Positions 1 through 13,700 of a stretch of 64,000 nt of DNA are shown here, piece by piece. The position numbers were made by a program, and so were the translations under genes. The first letter of the stretch is position 1, and every line of letters starts with the position of its first letter. The stretch is taken from the NCBI GenBank assembly GCA_964016885.1, contig OZ024757.1, positions 20,708,001-20,772,000 of the forward strand, written 5' to 3'. Origin of the DNA: Eledone cirrhosa (Eukaryota). Under the pieces are notes generated by a model that saw nothing but the letters and a program-made list of their open reading frames with translations, was not told the origin of the DNA and ran no database searches.

Positions 1-80
1 ATGAAGCAGGAAGTCTGAAATGAAATGTAGAAAACAAAAATGTGATGGTTAGATATTGGTAAAACTGAATTACTGAACAT

Positions 81-376
81 AGTAGTAGTAAGGGTGGTGG
101 TAGTGGTGGTCGTTGTGGTGGCTGTGGTAGTGGTAGTGGTGGTGGTGGTAATAGTAGTAGTGGTGGTAGTAGTAGTAGTAGTAGAGGTAGTAGGACTGTT
201 GGTAGTAGTGGTGGTGGTGGTGTTAGTAGTAGTAGTGGTGGTAGTAGTAGTAGTAGTGGTGGTGGTGTTAGTAGTAGTAGTAGTGGTGGTAATAGTAGTA
301 GTAGTCATAGTTGGAAGTAGGAGTAGTAGTGGTAGTGTTGGTAGTAGTAGTAGTAGTGGTGGTGGTGGTAATAGTA
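81..376. repeat. (GTA/GTG)n trinucleotide microsatellite
   Basis: Mixed gtagta/gtggtg run; explains the poly-Val ORF 94..459. Confidence 0.95.
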
Positions 377-1180
377 GAAACCACATTAACAAGACATTCT
401 TGAAAAGTACAAAATATCACTACAATACATCTCATTACAAATTAATGTCTTTATTGTAATACTGCAAGTTTTCACAACAATCTGTCTACCAGTAAAGATA
501 CTATAAACATTTGAATTAACAGACAGGTTTTTCAACATTTTCCTCTAAAATCATTACAGGATGTTAAGAATTAATAAAGTATTTACTACAGGAAATTTCC
601 TAAAGATTAAAAACATTTAGTTTTAAATATATTCTCCAAACAATGACATCAGCAACACTATAAACATCAAAACAAACTGACATCAGCAAATAAAAATAAC
701 AACGGTGATGGCTTTTACAACATACATTATTCTGATGAATTGAGCCAGTTTGTTTTGGAGGAATCGATTAGACAAACTAAAGCAGTTTATACAAAGAGAG
801 TCCATTAAATTTATTATGTAAATTACAGAGAATGACTAATACAGTTTCTATAGAATGGAGAATGCTGTTTAACCAAGGCTCTATTTACAATATATAGCTC
901 TATAAAATGGAATGATGTGGTTTTATCAAGGAACTATTTACAGTATTTAGTTACTATACATTAGAGAATGTTGAGGTTTAACTAAGGCACTATTTACAAC
1001 ATATCTCTCTATACAATGGAATGTTGGGGGTCACACTAAGGCACTACTGACAACATGCAGGTTCTATACATTAGAGGCTGCTGTGGTTTTACTAAGGCAC
1101 TATTTACAATATATAGTTCCTATACAGTGGAATGTTGGGGGTTTTTTACAAAGGCATTATTCACCATATAGTTTCTATAA

Positions 1181-1332
1181 TAGTCTTTGACAAACTGCAG
1201 CCTGCGGGCCATATGCAGCCTATTTGACCTTTTGGACGACATGTCTAACAAAAAAGTATCTTGAATTATTAATAGTGTGGCCTGCTCTATGACAAACTAT
1301 ATCGCATGCTCAAAAAGTGTTACCCATGCCTG
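1181..1332. mobile_element. Decayed hAT (Charlie-like) MITE inside a degenerate ~55-bp tandem repeat (about 840-1370)
   Basis: Subterminal caaactgcagcctgcgggccatatgcagcc, end aaaagtgttacccatgcctg, imperfect 8-bp TSD ttctataa/tactatac. Confidence 0.5.
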
Positions 1333-2567
1333 TACTATACAATGTGGTATTACCAAGGGACTATTTACAGTGTACGAGAGCTCTGAATACCGGTGACGGA
1401 CATAGAACTTTGAAGAGCATGTCTAAAAGCAGGACTGGACTTTCCCCTGCTGAGGCCCTAAGCTATATGAAATTTAAAGCCCTTCTCTAAAACAATTTTA
1501 AATAAGTATACATGATTATTATTTATTAATGATTATAAAATAAAATTATATATATAATAGGTATAAACCTGCACATTATGACAGTAAGTCCAACATCCTA
1601 ACCACACGCCTCCACAGAGCATAAAGATCGATCGAATCCATCAACAAGATCCCAGGCACCTAATTCGCTTACCAGGTGGGGTGGAACTCGTCAAATCGGA
1701 CCATGGAAACTATGTTTCCATTGCTGATAAAGATACAGAACAAATACTGCAATAATTCTGATTTAGGCACAAGGCCAGCAATTTTACCAACCTCTAAAGG
1801 GTGAAAGGCAAAGTTGACCTCAGAGCTTAAAGAGCCAGAACAAATACAGCAAGGCATTTTGTCGAACCTTCTAAGGATTCTACAAAATCCCTGTTCTGCT
1901 GACAATCACATTCTTATCAATATCTCTGATAAAATTGTTTGTCTTTGTTTTTCTTTCCCATCTATTCAGCACAAAATATCAGCCATATTGTTTCCAATCA
2001 CTACAAGCCAATACAGAAACCAGATTGATGGTTAGTTTATGGATCCTTAATTGCAGATAATATCCCTTTAATATCCCGAGGGATTCCCAGTACAGACCTT
2101 ACCCATATCCTTAATGTAATTAACCTTTAACATCCAATTTCCTCAAACCCTCTTGCTCAGTTAAAACAGTGATGATGTCTTCATAATTAGGAGTTCACAA
2201 AAAAATGGTTATTAAAAGGATAGAATAATTAGGGAGCAAATAAAAAAAAAGAAATTGCTCTAAAAATCACCACGACACCACTACGATCACCACCACTGGC
2301 ACCACCACCACTACTATGGTTGCTTTATTTGCTAGAAATAGCAGCCAATAAAACATGGGATGGTCATACTCTTTACTATAATAGATCTGTTCAATCAGGG
2401 CAAGCCTAGGGCTAAAAAACAAAAATGTCATGAATAAACAAAGGATCTTCTATGTGGTTAATAAACGTACTAGAAATAGGAGACAGAACCTCATATCACT
2501 CGCTACTGCATAAACAAAAAAGGAACACACTGAAACAATTTAGTCCTAAATACATGTGATGTAATGA

Positions 2568-2960
2568 AGTAGTGTTGGTGCCACGACAAAGAACACCTAG
2601 TCCACTCTGTAAAGTGGTAGTGTTAGTGTCACGACAAAGAACACCCAGTGCACTCTGTAAAGTGGTAATGTTAGTTAGTGCCACGACAAAGAACACCTAG
2701 TTGACTCTGTAAAGTGGTAGTGTTGGTGCCATGACAAAGAACACCTAGTCCACTCGGTAAAGTGTTGGTGCCACGTTAAAATAAACTCAAATGGTGCTAT
2801 AATAAAGTACATTTAGTCAACTGTGTAGGCTAGCAGAGCTGGTGTTACCACAAAAAGCACCCAGTCCACTCTGTAAGGTGCTAGTGCCAGATTCACAATA
2901 AAATGAATCCAGTCCATCCTGTAAGGTGGAAGTGCTGCTGCTATTAAAAACAACCACAAT
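2568..2960 (+). repeat. ~49-bp minisatellite derived from an internal module of SINE family B
   Basis: Unit gtagtgttggtgccacgacaaagaacacctagtccactctgtaaagtg resembles SINE B gtggaggtgccacggcaaaaaagcacccagcactcactgtaaa. Confidence 0.7.
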
Positions 2961-3489
2961 AGCACTTACTAAAGTTTGATAACTAGAAAACATCAAGACG
3001 TCTGAAAGATTTAAACCCATTCGTGACTATATCTAATGAAATACATTCTCTTTTGCTACCCAGAATGTTATAATATAAAACTAAACTTTTCCTTTAAACA
3101 ACAACACAAGCGATAAAGCTGTCAGCTTTGTTTTTTTAAATGTGCTTCATCAATTAATATTCAGAAATTTTAGTCACATTTATTTTTTGTCTAAGTCGTT
3201 ATTGAATGTCAGTGCTAAGAATTAATTAGTTCCAATGTAATTAACCAGAAAGATTAGCTGTTCTATAGTAATATTTCTGTGTGAATGGTTGGAAAAACAG
3301 TTATGGTCACTTTGAAAATGGCAGTGTTCAGTGTTGTCTTCAAACATTGGAACTGAATGGAGGAAATAATTATATACAATAACCTGTAAAGGATAAATAA
3401 CAGCAATTCAGCTAACAAATATTGTCTCTAATTGTTATATTAAAAGTTTAAAGTCTGTCTTGAGTTTCGGGGCTCATCGGGCTGATACT

Positions 3490-3710
3490 TATCTTTGTTT
3501 TTTGTGGTGTTAAGCTATTGATAGTACAAGACTCCCTGCTAGACATACGGTTAAATCCCCAGCTATTGCTGGTACGCATTTTCAGCTAAGTATACTGGAG
3601 CAACTTGAAATGAAGTGTTTTGTTTAAGAAAACAACACACAACTCAGTCCAGGAATCAAACCCACAATATTATGATTGTACTCCCTTACCACTAGGCCAT
3701 GCCCCTCCAC
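3490..3710 (-). mobile_element. Old tRNA/CORE-type SINE
   Basis: Minus-strand head gtggaggggcatggcctagtggtaaggg and CORE-like segment gagcaacttgaaatgaagtgttttgtttaag. Confidence 0.6.
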
Positions 3711-3724
3711 TTATATATATATAT

Positions 3725-3977
3725 GTGATGCACATGGAGGATGACCGCTGGGTGAAGAAGTGCCAAAAGGCCCAGTGGAGGGAAGACGCAGCAGAGGTAG
3801 ACCACGGAAAACATGGGCGGAGGTGGTGAGAGCAGACCTCAGATCGCTGAATCTCAAGGTGGAGTTGACGAAGGACGGTGACAAGTGGAGAGATGCTGTG
3901 CTAAATAGGACCCGTCCAGCCCTTGCAAGCAGAGAAAAGCAGACGTAAAATGATTATGATGATGATGATGATGATGA
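3725..3977 (+). mobile_element. 5'-truncated RTE-clade LINE 3' end
   Basis: Translates to MEDDRWVKKCQ..PVEGRRSRGRPRKTW.EVVRADL...KWRDAV, typical RTE ORF2 C-terminus; (GAT)n tail. Confidence 0.85.
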
Positions 3978-4525
3978 TATATATATTGGTAAATATGTGA
4001 AATTCTTGGTACAGAACAGTTAGGTATATTTGAAAAAGGAAAAGAATGACTTCACTTGTAGTTCAAGACAAGTTAATTTTATAATATACTTGAAGTGAAC
4101 GTGACCTCTTGGGTCATGTGACCTGTTGGGTCATGTTCACTTTAAAATATTTTTAAAAAATCATGTTCACTTAAAAATAATTTTTAAATAATTAAAATAT
4201 ACACACACACATGTATATAAATAAATGCGTGTGTGTATATGGAAGGTACCAGAAAAAACCCATATCTCGGGAACCCGTGCTACGATTTATGTGAAACTTA
4301 TTTTATTCCATTTGTATTCCCATTTCAGGGTCAACTTCCTTTCAAAGTATTTTCCCATTATGCCCCCTTTTGGCTGTATTACATTACAGACAAGCAAGCA
4401 GGCAATCAGAAAGTTTTAGTAATATATCTAACCCATGCTAGCATGGAAGAACGGACGTAAAACGGTGATGATGAGATAGATAATTTTATAATTTAGTTCT
4501 GTAGATCTAGTAAGTTCTTAGTTAA

Positions 4526-5102
4526 CCCTTTAATGTTCAAACTGGCCAAAACCGGACAGAATTCTTTACCTTTTTCTGTTGAAACTGGCTGTAACTGGTT
4601 GCTCAAACTGATGTTAAGGTATTGTTCTCAAAATAAATACTTTCAAAATCTCATAGATTCGATATTATGCGAGATAATTATGTGAGATAAAGCCTTTACT
4701 ATGAAATATATAATAGTATATATAGAGTAATGTGAATGTTATGTGAGATAATATGTGAGGTAAAAGCTTTACCATGAAAATATAATAGTATATATAGACT
4801 AATGTAAATGTTATGTGAGATATTATGTGAGGTAAAGTCTTTACCATGAAAATATAATAGTATATATAGAGTAATGTGAATGTTATGTGAGATATTATGT
4901 GAGGTAAAGCCTTTACCATGAAAATATAATAGTATATATAGTCATGTGAATGTTATGTGAAATATCATGAGGTAAAGCTTTTACCATGAAAATATAATAG
5001 TATATATAGAGTAATGTAAATGTTATGTGAGATATTATGTGAGGTAAAGTCTTTACCATGAAAATATAATAGTAAATATAGAGTAATGTGAATGCTAAAG
5101 GG
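4526..5102 (-). mobile_element. piggyBac-type non-autonomous MITE with ~6 internal 72-bp repeats
   Basis: TTAA|CCCTTTA ... TAAAGGG|TTAA termini; homologous to 5586-7079 and 62976-63194. Confidence 0.85.
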
Positions 5103-5323
5103 TTAACTTTGGTGGGGAGATTTTTTTAAGATTCCTGGTTAACTTTCCTGGAGATTATCAAACTGATTTCAGGTTGTGTTGTGATGTGTGGGTGGCTCTC
5201 TATATATAAGAGATTTGGGTGTGTCTGGGGGTGGGGTTAATTAGTGTGGGAGTGAAGGAGTGTTGAAGATTTAAAGGAATTAAAGCATATATATATATAT
5301 ATACACATAAGAGGTGAAAGAAA

Positions 5324-5516
5324 ATAGTTGTTTCTACTTTTGGCACAAGGCCAGCAATTATCCCAGTGTATTACTGGTACTTTATTTTATCGACCCCGTA
5401 AGGATGAAAGGCAAAGTTAACCTCGGCGGGATTTGAACTCAGACCATAAAGGGTCGTAACTCTTTGCTGCAAAGCATGCCATCCGGCCCTGTACCGATAC
5501 TGCCAATCCACTGCCA
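5324..5516 (-). mobile_element. SINE family A (tRNA head, Nin/Deu-like core)
   Basis: A box tggcagtatcgg, B box gagttcaaatcc, core aactttgcctttcatccttacggggtcgataaaataaagtacc. Confidence 0.9.
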
Positions 5517-5585
5517 CCGGTGAAATAAAATAGTGAATGGTAAAAGCAAGATAATTGATTGAGAGTGGATTTGGGAGGTGTTTAA

Positions 5586-7079
5586 CCCTTTAGCATTCAC
5601 ATTACTCTATATATACTATTATATTTTCATGGTAAAGGCTTTACCTCACATAATATCTCACATAACATTCACATTACTCTATATATACTATTATATTTTC
5701 ATGGTAAATGCTTTACCTCACATAATATCTCACATAACATTCACATTACTCTATATATACTATTATATTTTCATGGTAAATGCTTTACCTCACATAATAT
5801 CTCACATAACATTCACATTACTCTATATATACTATTATATTTTCATGGTAAAGGCTTTACCTCACATAATATCTCACATAACATTCACATTACTCTCTAT
5901 ATATTATTATATTTTCATGGTAAAGGCTTTACCTCACATAATATCTCACATAACATTCACATTACTCTATATATACTATTATATTTTCATGGTAAAGGCT
6001 TTACCTCACATAATATCTCACATAACATTTACATTACTCTATATATACTATTATATTTTCATGGTAAAGGCTTTACCTCACATAATTATCTCACATAACA
6101 TTCACATTACTCTATATATACTATTATATTTTCATGGTAAAGGCTTTACCTCACATAATATCTCACATAACATTCACATTACTCTATATATACTATTATA
6201 TTTTCATGGTAAATGCTTTACCTCACATAATATCTCACATAACATTCACATTACTCTATATATACTATTATATTTTCATGGTAAATGCTTTACCTCACAT
6301 AATATCTTACATAACATTCACATTACTCTATATATACTATTATATTTTCATGGTAAAGGCTTTACCTCACATAATATCTCACATAACATTCACATTACTC
6401 TCTATATACTATTATATTTTCATGGTAAAGGCTTTACCTCACATAATATCTCACATAACATTCACATTACTCTATATATACTATTATATTTTCATGGTAA
6501 AGGCTTTACCTCACATAATATCTCACATAACATTCACATTACTCTATATATACTATTGTATTTTCATGGTAAATGCTTTACCTCACATAATATCTCACAT
6601 AACATTCACATTACTCTATATATACTATTATATTTTCATGGTAAAGGCTTTACCTCACATAATACCTCACATAACATTCACATTACTCTATATATACTAT
6701 TATATTTTCATGGTAAAGGCTTTACCTCACATAACATTCACATTACTCTATATATACTATTGTATTTTCATGGTAAATGCTTTACCTCACATAATATCTC
6801 ACATAACATTCACATTACTCTATATATACTATTATATTTTCATGGTAAAGGCTTTACCTCACATAATACCTCACATAACATTCACATTACTCTATATATA
6901 CTATTATATTTTCATGGTAAAGGCTTTACCTCACATAATATCTCTCGTAATATTGAATCTATGAGATTTTGAAAGTATTTATTTTGAGAACAATACCTCA
7001 ACATCAGTTTGAGTGACCAGTTACAGCCAGTTTCAACAGAAAGAGGTAGAGAATTCTGGCCGGTTTGTACACTAAAGGG
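5586..7079 (+). mobile_element. piggyBac-type MITE expanded by a ~19-copy 72-bp tandem array (5594-6950)
   Basis: TTAA|CCCTTTAG ... CTAAAGGG|TGAA; unit cattcacattactctatatatactattatattttcatggtaaaggctttacctcacataatatctcacataa. Confidence 0.9.
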
Positions 7080-7772
7080 TGAAGGAGTGTTTTAGAAAGG
7101 GTTTGTGAAAGTGCTCTTCTATTGGTTCCATTTCTAAAACACGTCTTAAACAGATTCAGACAAGATTAAGTTTTACCTTTCATCCTTACAGGGTCACTAA
7201 AATAATGTACCAGTAATGCAAAATGAATAAAAAATGTGGGCGATGACAATGGACAAAACACAGACCCCCCCCCCCCCCCTCTCATCAGTTGACTGCTCGA
7301 GATACATTGTTTCAGTGCTCTGTTTCAACTTGTATTATATATATAAATATTTTATTCTACTATTAACTCTGTCTGTCTCTGATCATCTAATCATTTCTTC
7401 GTTATTGAGAAAACAAAACCAGGAAATACTTAAATAGCTTAATTTAAGCATGAGATTGTTATTAGTTGGCCAAAGTAGATATTGGAGCGGATAGAATTAT
7501 AGAGTATTTTCTATTTTCTAAGCAATTTCCAGATGATTTCAATGTTTGATGTATGTAAAAACAGAAAAATCCCAGGAACTGATATGGTTTCTGATTCAGT
7601 CAGAAGGCCAGTAATTTTGTTGGGGAGAGGAAAGTTGATTACATCTACTCCAGTGCATTACTGGTACTTTACTTTATTGACCCCTGTAATATATTTCTAG
7701 TATAGCGAATCGAATTGATCTACACGATCCAACCTCATTCTTTTACCTCGTGGGGAGGAACATGTCAAATTG

Positions 7773-10700
7773 GACCAAGGAAACCAATGTTTCCATTGGT
7801 CTTTCCATTGCTGATACTATCTGCTGGTCACAACATCAGACCAAGGAAACAATGTTTCCATTGGTCTTTCCATTGCTGATACTATCTGCTGGTCACATCA
7901 TCAGACCAAAGAAACAATGTTTCCATTGGTCTTTCCATTGCTGGTACTATCTGCTGGTCACAACATCAGACCAAGGAAACAATGTTTCCATTGGTCTTTC
8001 CATTGCTGGTACTATCTGCTGGTCACAACATCAGACCAAGGAAACAATGTTTCCATTGGTCTTTCCATTGCTGGTACTATCTGCTGGTCACAACATCAGA
8101 CCAAGGAAACAATGTTTCCATTGGTCTTTCCATTGCTGGTACTATCTGCTGGTCACATCATCAGACCAAAGAAACAATGTTTCCATTGGTCTTTCCATTG
8201 CTGGTACTATCTGCTGGTCACAACATCAGACCAAGGAAACAATGTTTCCATTGGTCTTTCCATTGCTGGTACTATCTGCTGGTCACAACATCAGACCAAG
8301 GAAACAATGTTTCCATTGGTCTTTCCATTGCTGGTACTATCTGCTGGTCACAACATCAGACCAAGGAAACAATGTTTCCATTGGTCTTTCCATTGCTGGT
8401 ACTATCTGCTGGTCACAACATCAGACTAAAGAAACAATGTTTCCATTGGTCTTTCCATTGCTGGTACTATCTGCTGGTCACAACATCAGACCAAGGAAAC
8501 AATGTTTCCATTGGTCTTTCCATTGCTGGTACTATCTGCTGGTCACAACATCAGACTAAAGAAACAATGTTTCCATTGGTCTTTCCATAGCTGGTACTAT
8601 CTGCTGGTCACATCATCAGACCAAAGAAACAATGTTTCCATTGGTCTTTCCATTGCTGGTACTATCTGCTGGTCACAACATCAGACCAAGGAAACAATGT
8701 TTCCATTGGTCTTTCCATTGCTGGTATTATCTGCTGGTCACAACATCAGACCAAGGAAATAATGTTTCCATTGGTCTTTCCATTGCTGGTATTATCTGCT
8801 GGTCACAACATCAGACCAAGGAAACAATGTTTCCATTGGTCTTTCCATAGCTGGTACTATCTGCTGGTCACAACATCAGACCAAGGAAACAATGTTTCCA
8901 TTGGTCTTTCCATTGCTGGTACTATCTGCTGGTCACATCATCAGACCAAGGAAACAATGTTTCCATTGGTCTTTCCATTGCTGATACTATCTGCTGGTCA
9001 CAACATCAGACCAAGGAAACAATGTTTCCATTGGTCTTTCCATTGCTGGTACTATCTGCTGGTCACATCATCAGACCAAGGAAACAATGTTTCCATTGGT
9101 CTTTCCATTGCTGGTACTATCTGCTGGTCACAACATTAGACCAAGGAAACAATGTTTCCATTGGTCTTTCCATTGCTGGTACTATCTGCTGGTCACAACA
9201 TTAGACCAAGGAAACAATGTTTCCATTGGTCTTTCCATTGCTGATACTATCTGCTGGTCACAACATTAGACCAAGGAAACAATGTTTCCATTGGTCTTTC
9301 CATTGCTGGTACTATCTGCTGGTCACAACATCAGACCAAGGAAACAATGTTTCCATTGGTCTTTCCATTGCTGATACTATCTGCTGGTCACAACATCAGA
9401 CCAAGGAAACAATGTTTCCATTGGTCTTTCCATTGCTGATACTATCTGCTGGTCACAACATCAGACCAAGGAAACAATGTTTCCATTGGTCTTTCCATTG
9501 CTGGTACTATCTGCTGGTCACATCATCAGACCAAGGAAACAATGTTTCCATTGGTCTTTCCATTGCTGATACTATCTGCTGGTCACAACATCAGACCAAG
9601 GAAACAATGTTTCCATTGGTCTTTCCATTGCTGGTACTATCTGCTGGTCACATCATCAGACCAAGGAAACAATGTTTCCATTGGTCTTTCCATTGCTGGT
9701 ACTATCTGCTGGTCACAACATTAGACCAAGGAAACAATGTTTCCATTGGTCTTTCCATTGCTGGTACTATCTGCTGGTCACAACATTAGACCAAGGAAAC
9801 AATGTTTCCATTGGTCTTTCCATTGCTGATACTATCTGCTGGTCACAACATCAGACCAAGGAAACAATGTTTCCATTGGTCTTTCCATTGCTGGTACTAT
9901 CTGCTGGTCACATCATCAGACCAAGGAAACAATGTTTCCATTGGTCTTTCCATTGCTGATACTATCTGCTGGTCACAACATCAGACCAAGGAAACAATGT
10001 TTCCATTGGTCTTTCCATTGCTGGTACTATCTGCTGGTCACAACATCAGACCAAGGAAACAATGTTTCCATTGGTCTTTCCATTGCTGGTATTATCTGCT
10101 GGTCACAACATCAGACCAAGGAAACAATGTTTACATTGGTCTTTCCATAGCCGGTATTATCTGCTGGTCACAACATCAGACCAAGGAAACAATGTTTCCA
10201 TTGGTCTTTCCATTGCTGGTACTATCTGCTGGTCACAACATCAGACCAAGGAAATAATGTTTCCATTGGTCTTTCCATTGCTGGTACTATCTGCTGGTCA
10301 CAACATCAGACCAAGGAAACAATGTTTACATTGGTCTTTCCATAGCTGGTATTATCTGCTGGTCACAACATCAGACCAAGGAAACAATGTTTCCATTGGT
10401 CTTTCCATTGCTGGTACTATCTGCTGGTCACAACATCAGACCAAGGAAACAATGTTTACATTGGTCTTTCCATTGCTGGTACTATCTGCTGGTCACAACA
10501 TCAGACCAAGGAAATAATGTTTCCATTGGTCTTTCCATTGCTGGTACTATCTGCTGGTCACAACATCAGACCAAGGAAATAATGTTTCCATTGGTCTTTC
10601 CATTGCTGGTACTATCTGCTGGTCACAACATTAGACCAAGGAAACAATGTTTCCATTGGTCTTTCCATTGCTGATACTATCTGCTGGTCACAACATCAGA

Positions 10701-13700
10701 CCAAAGAAACAATGTTTCCATTGGTCTTTCCATTGCTGGTATTATCTGCTGGTCACAACATCAGACTAAAGAAACAATGTTTCCATTGGTCTTTCCATTG
10801 CTGGTACTATCTGCTGGTCACAACATCAGACCAAGGAAATAATGTTTCCATTGGTCTTTCCATTGCTGGTATTATCTGCTGGTCACAACATCAGACCAAG
10901 GAAACAATGTTTCCATTGGTCTTTCCATTGCTGGTACTATCTGCTGGTCACAACATTAGACCAAGGAAACAATGTTTCCATTGGTCTTTCCATTGCTGGT
11001 ATTATCTGCTGGTCACAACATCAGACCAAAGAAACAATGTTTCCATTGGTCTTTCCATTGCTGGTATTATCTGCTGGTCACAACATCAGACTAAAGAAAC
11101 AATGTTTCCATTGGTCTTTCCATTGCTGGTACTATCTGCTGGTCACAACATCAGACCAAGGAAATAATGTTTCCATTGGTCTTTCCATTGCTGGTATTAT
11201 CTGCTGGTCACAACATCAGACCAAGGAAACAATGTTTCCATTGGTCTTTCCATTGCTGGTACTATCTGCTGGTCACAACATTAGACCAAGGAAACAATGT
11301 TTCCATTGGTCTTTCCATTGCTGGTATTATCTGCTGGTCACAACATCAGACTAAAGAAACAATGTTTCCATTGGTCTTTCCATTGCTGGTACTATCTGCT
11401 GGTCACAACATCAGACCAAGGAAACAATGTTTCCATTGGTCTTTCCATTGCTGGTACTATCTGCTGGTCACAACATTAGACCAAGGAAACAATGTTTCCA
11501 TTGGTCTTTCCATTGCTGGTATTATCTGCTGGTCACATCATCAGACTAAAGAAACAATGTTTCCATTGGTCTTTCCATAGCTGATACTATCTGCTGGTCA
11601 CAACATTAGACCAAAAAAACAATGTTTCCATTGGTCTTTCCATTGCTGGTACTATCTGCTGGTCACAACATCAGACCAAGGAAATAATGTTTCCATTGGT
11701 CTTTCCATTGCTGGTACTATCTGCTGGTCACAACATCAGACCAAGGAAACAATGTTTCCATTGGTCTTTCCATTGCTGGTACTATCTGCTGGTCACAACA
11801 TCAGACCAAGGAAACAATGTTTCCATTGGTCTTTCCATAGCTGGTACTATCTGCTGGTCACAACATCAGACCAAGGAAACAATGTTTCCATTGGTCTTTC
11901 CATTGCTGGTACTATCTGCTGGTCACAACATTAGACCAAGGAAACAATGTTTCCATTGGTCTTTCCATTGCTGGTACTATCTGCTGGTCACAACATCAGA
12001 CCAAGGAAACAATGTTTCCATTGGTCTTTCCATTGCTGGTATTATCTGCTGGTCACATCATCAGACCAAGGAAACAATGTTTCCATTGGTCTTTCCATTG
12101 CTGGTACTATCTGCTGGTCACAACATCAGACCAAGGAAACAATGTTTCCATTGGTCTTTCCATTGCTGGTACTATCTGCTGGTCACATCATCAGACCAAG
12201 GAAACAATGTTTCCATTGGTCTTTCCATTGCTGGTACTATCTGCTGGTCACATCATCAGACCAAGGAAACAATGTTTCCATTGGTCTTTCCATTGCTGGT
12301 ACTATCTGCTGGTCACAACATCAGACCAAGGAAACAATGTTTCCATTGGTCTTTCCATTGCTGATACTATCTGCTGGTCACATCATCAGACCAAGGAAAC
12401 AATGTTTCCATTGGTCTTTCCATTGCTGGTACTATCTGCTGGTCACAACATTAGACCAAGGAAACAATGTTTCCATTGGTCTTTCCATTGCTGGTACTAT
12501 CTGCTGGTCACAACATTAGACCAAGGAAACAATGTTTCCATTGGTCTTTCCATTGCTGATACTATCTGCTGGTCACATCATCAGACCAAGGAAACAATGT
12601 TTCCATTGGTCTTTCCATGGCTGGTATTATCTGCTGGTCACAACATTAGACCAAGGAAACAATGTTTCCATTGGTCTTTCCATTGCTGGTATTATCTGCT
12701 GATCACAACATCAGACCAAGGAAACAATGTTTCCATTGGTCTTTCCATTGCTGGTACTATCTGCTGATCACAACATCAGACCAAGGAAACAATGTTTCCA
12801 TTGGTCTTTCCATTGCTGGTACTATCTGCTGATCACAACATCAGACCAAGGAAACAATGTTTCCATTGGTCTTTCCATTGCTGGTACTATCTGCTGGTCA
12901 CAACATCAGACCAAGGAAACAATGTTTCCATTGGTCTTTCCATTGCTGGTATTATCTGCTGGTCACAACATTAGACCAAAAAAACAATGTTTCCATTGGT
13001 CTTTCCATTGCTGGTATTATCTGCTGGTCACAACATCAGACTAAAGAAACAATGTTTCCACTGGTCTTTCCATTGCTGGTACTATCTGCTGGTCACAACA
13101 TCAGACCAAGGAAACAATGTTTCCATTGGTCTTTCCATTGCTGGTATTATCTGCTGGTCACAACATTAGACCAAAAAAACAATGTTTCCATTGGTCTTTC
13201 CATTGCTGGTACTATCTGCTGGTCACATCATCAGACCAAGGAAACAATGTTTCCATTGGTCTTTCCATTGCTGATACTATCTGCTGGTCACAACATCAGA
13301 CTAAAGAAACAATGTTTCCATTGGTCTTTCCATTGCTGGTACTATCTGCTGGTCACAACATCAGACCAAGGAAACAATGTTTCCATTGGTCTTTCCATTG
13401 CTGGTACTATCTGCTGGTCACAACATTAGACCAAGGAAACAATGTTTCCATTGGTCTTTCCATTGCTGGTACTATCTGCTGGTCACAACATCAGACCAAG
13501 GAAACAATGTTTCCATTGGTCTTTCCATTGCTGGTACTATCTGCTGGTCACAACATCAGACCAAGGAAACAATGTTTCCATTGGTCTTTCCATAGCTGGT
13601 ACTATCTGCTGATCACATCATCAGACCAAGGAAACAATGTTTCCATTGGTCTTTCCATTGCTGGTACTATCTGCTGATCACATCATCAGACCAAGGAAAC

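Noticed and set aside
730-790. Isolated CTGANGA matches (also 7282, 21938, 39218, 42763, 61060)
   Set aside because: No properly placed GAAA, stems or UH triplet
1660-1730. Host exon ending at a minus-strand GTAAGC donor
   Set aside because: Homology to 7700-7800 extends across the supposed donor and includes an indel, which fits a dispersed repeat better
5578-6972. 464-aa repeat membrane protein
   Set aside because: Translation of the 72-bp array inside a MITE, with an internal frameshift
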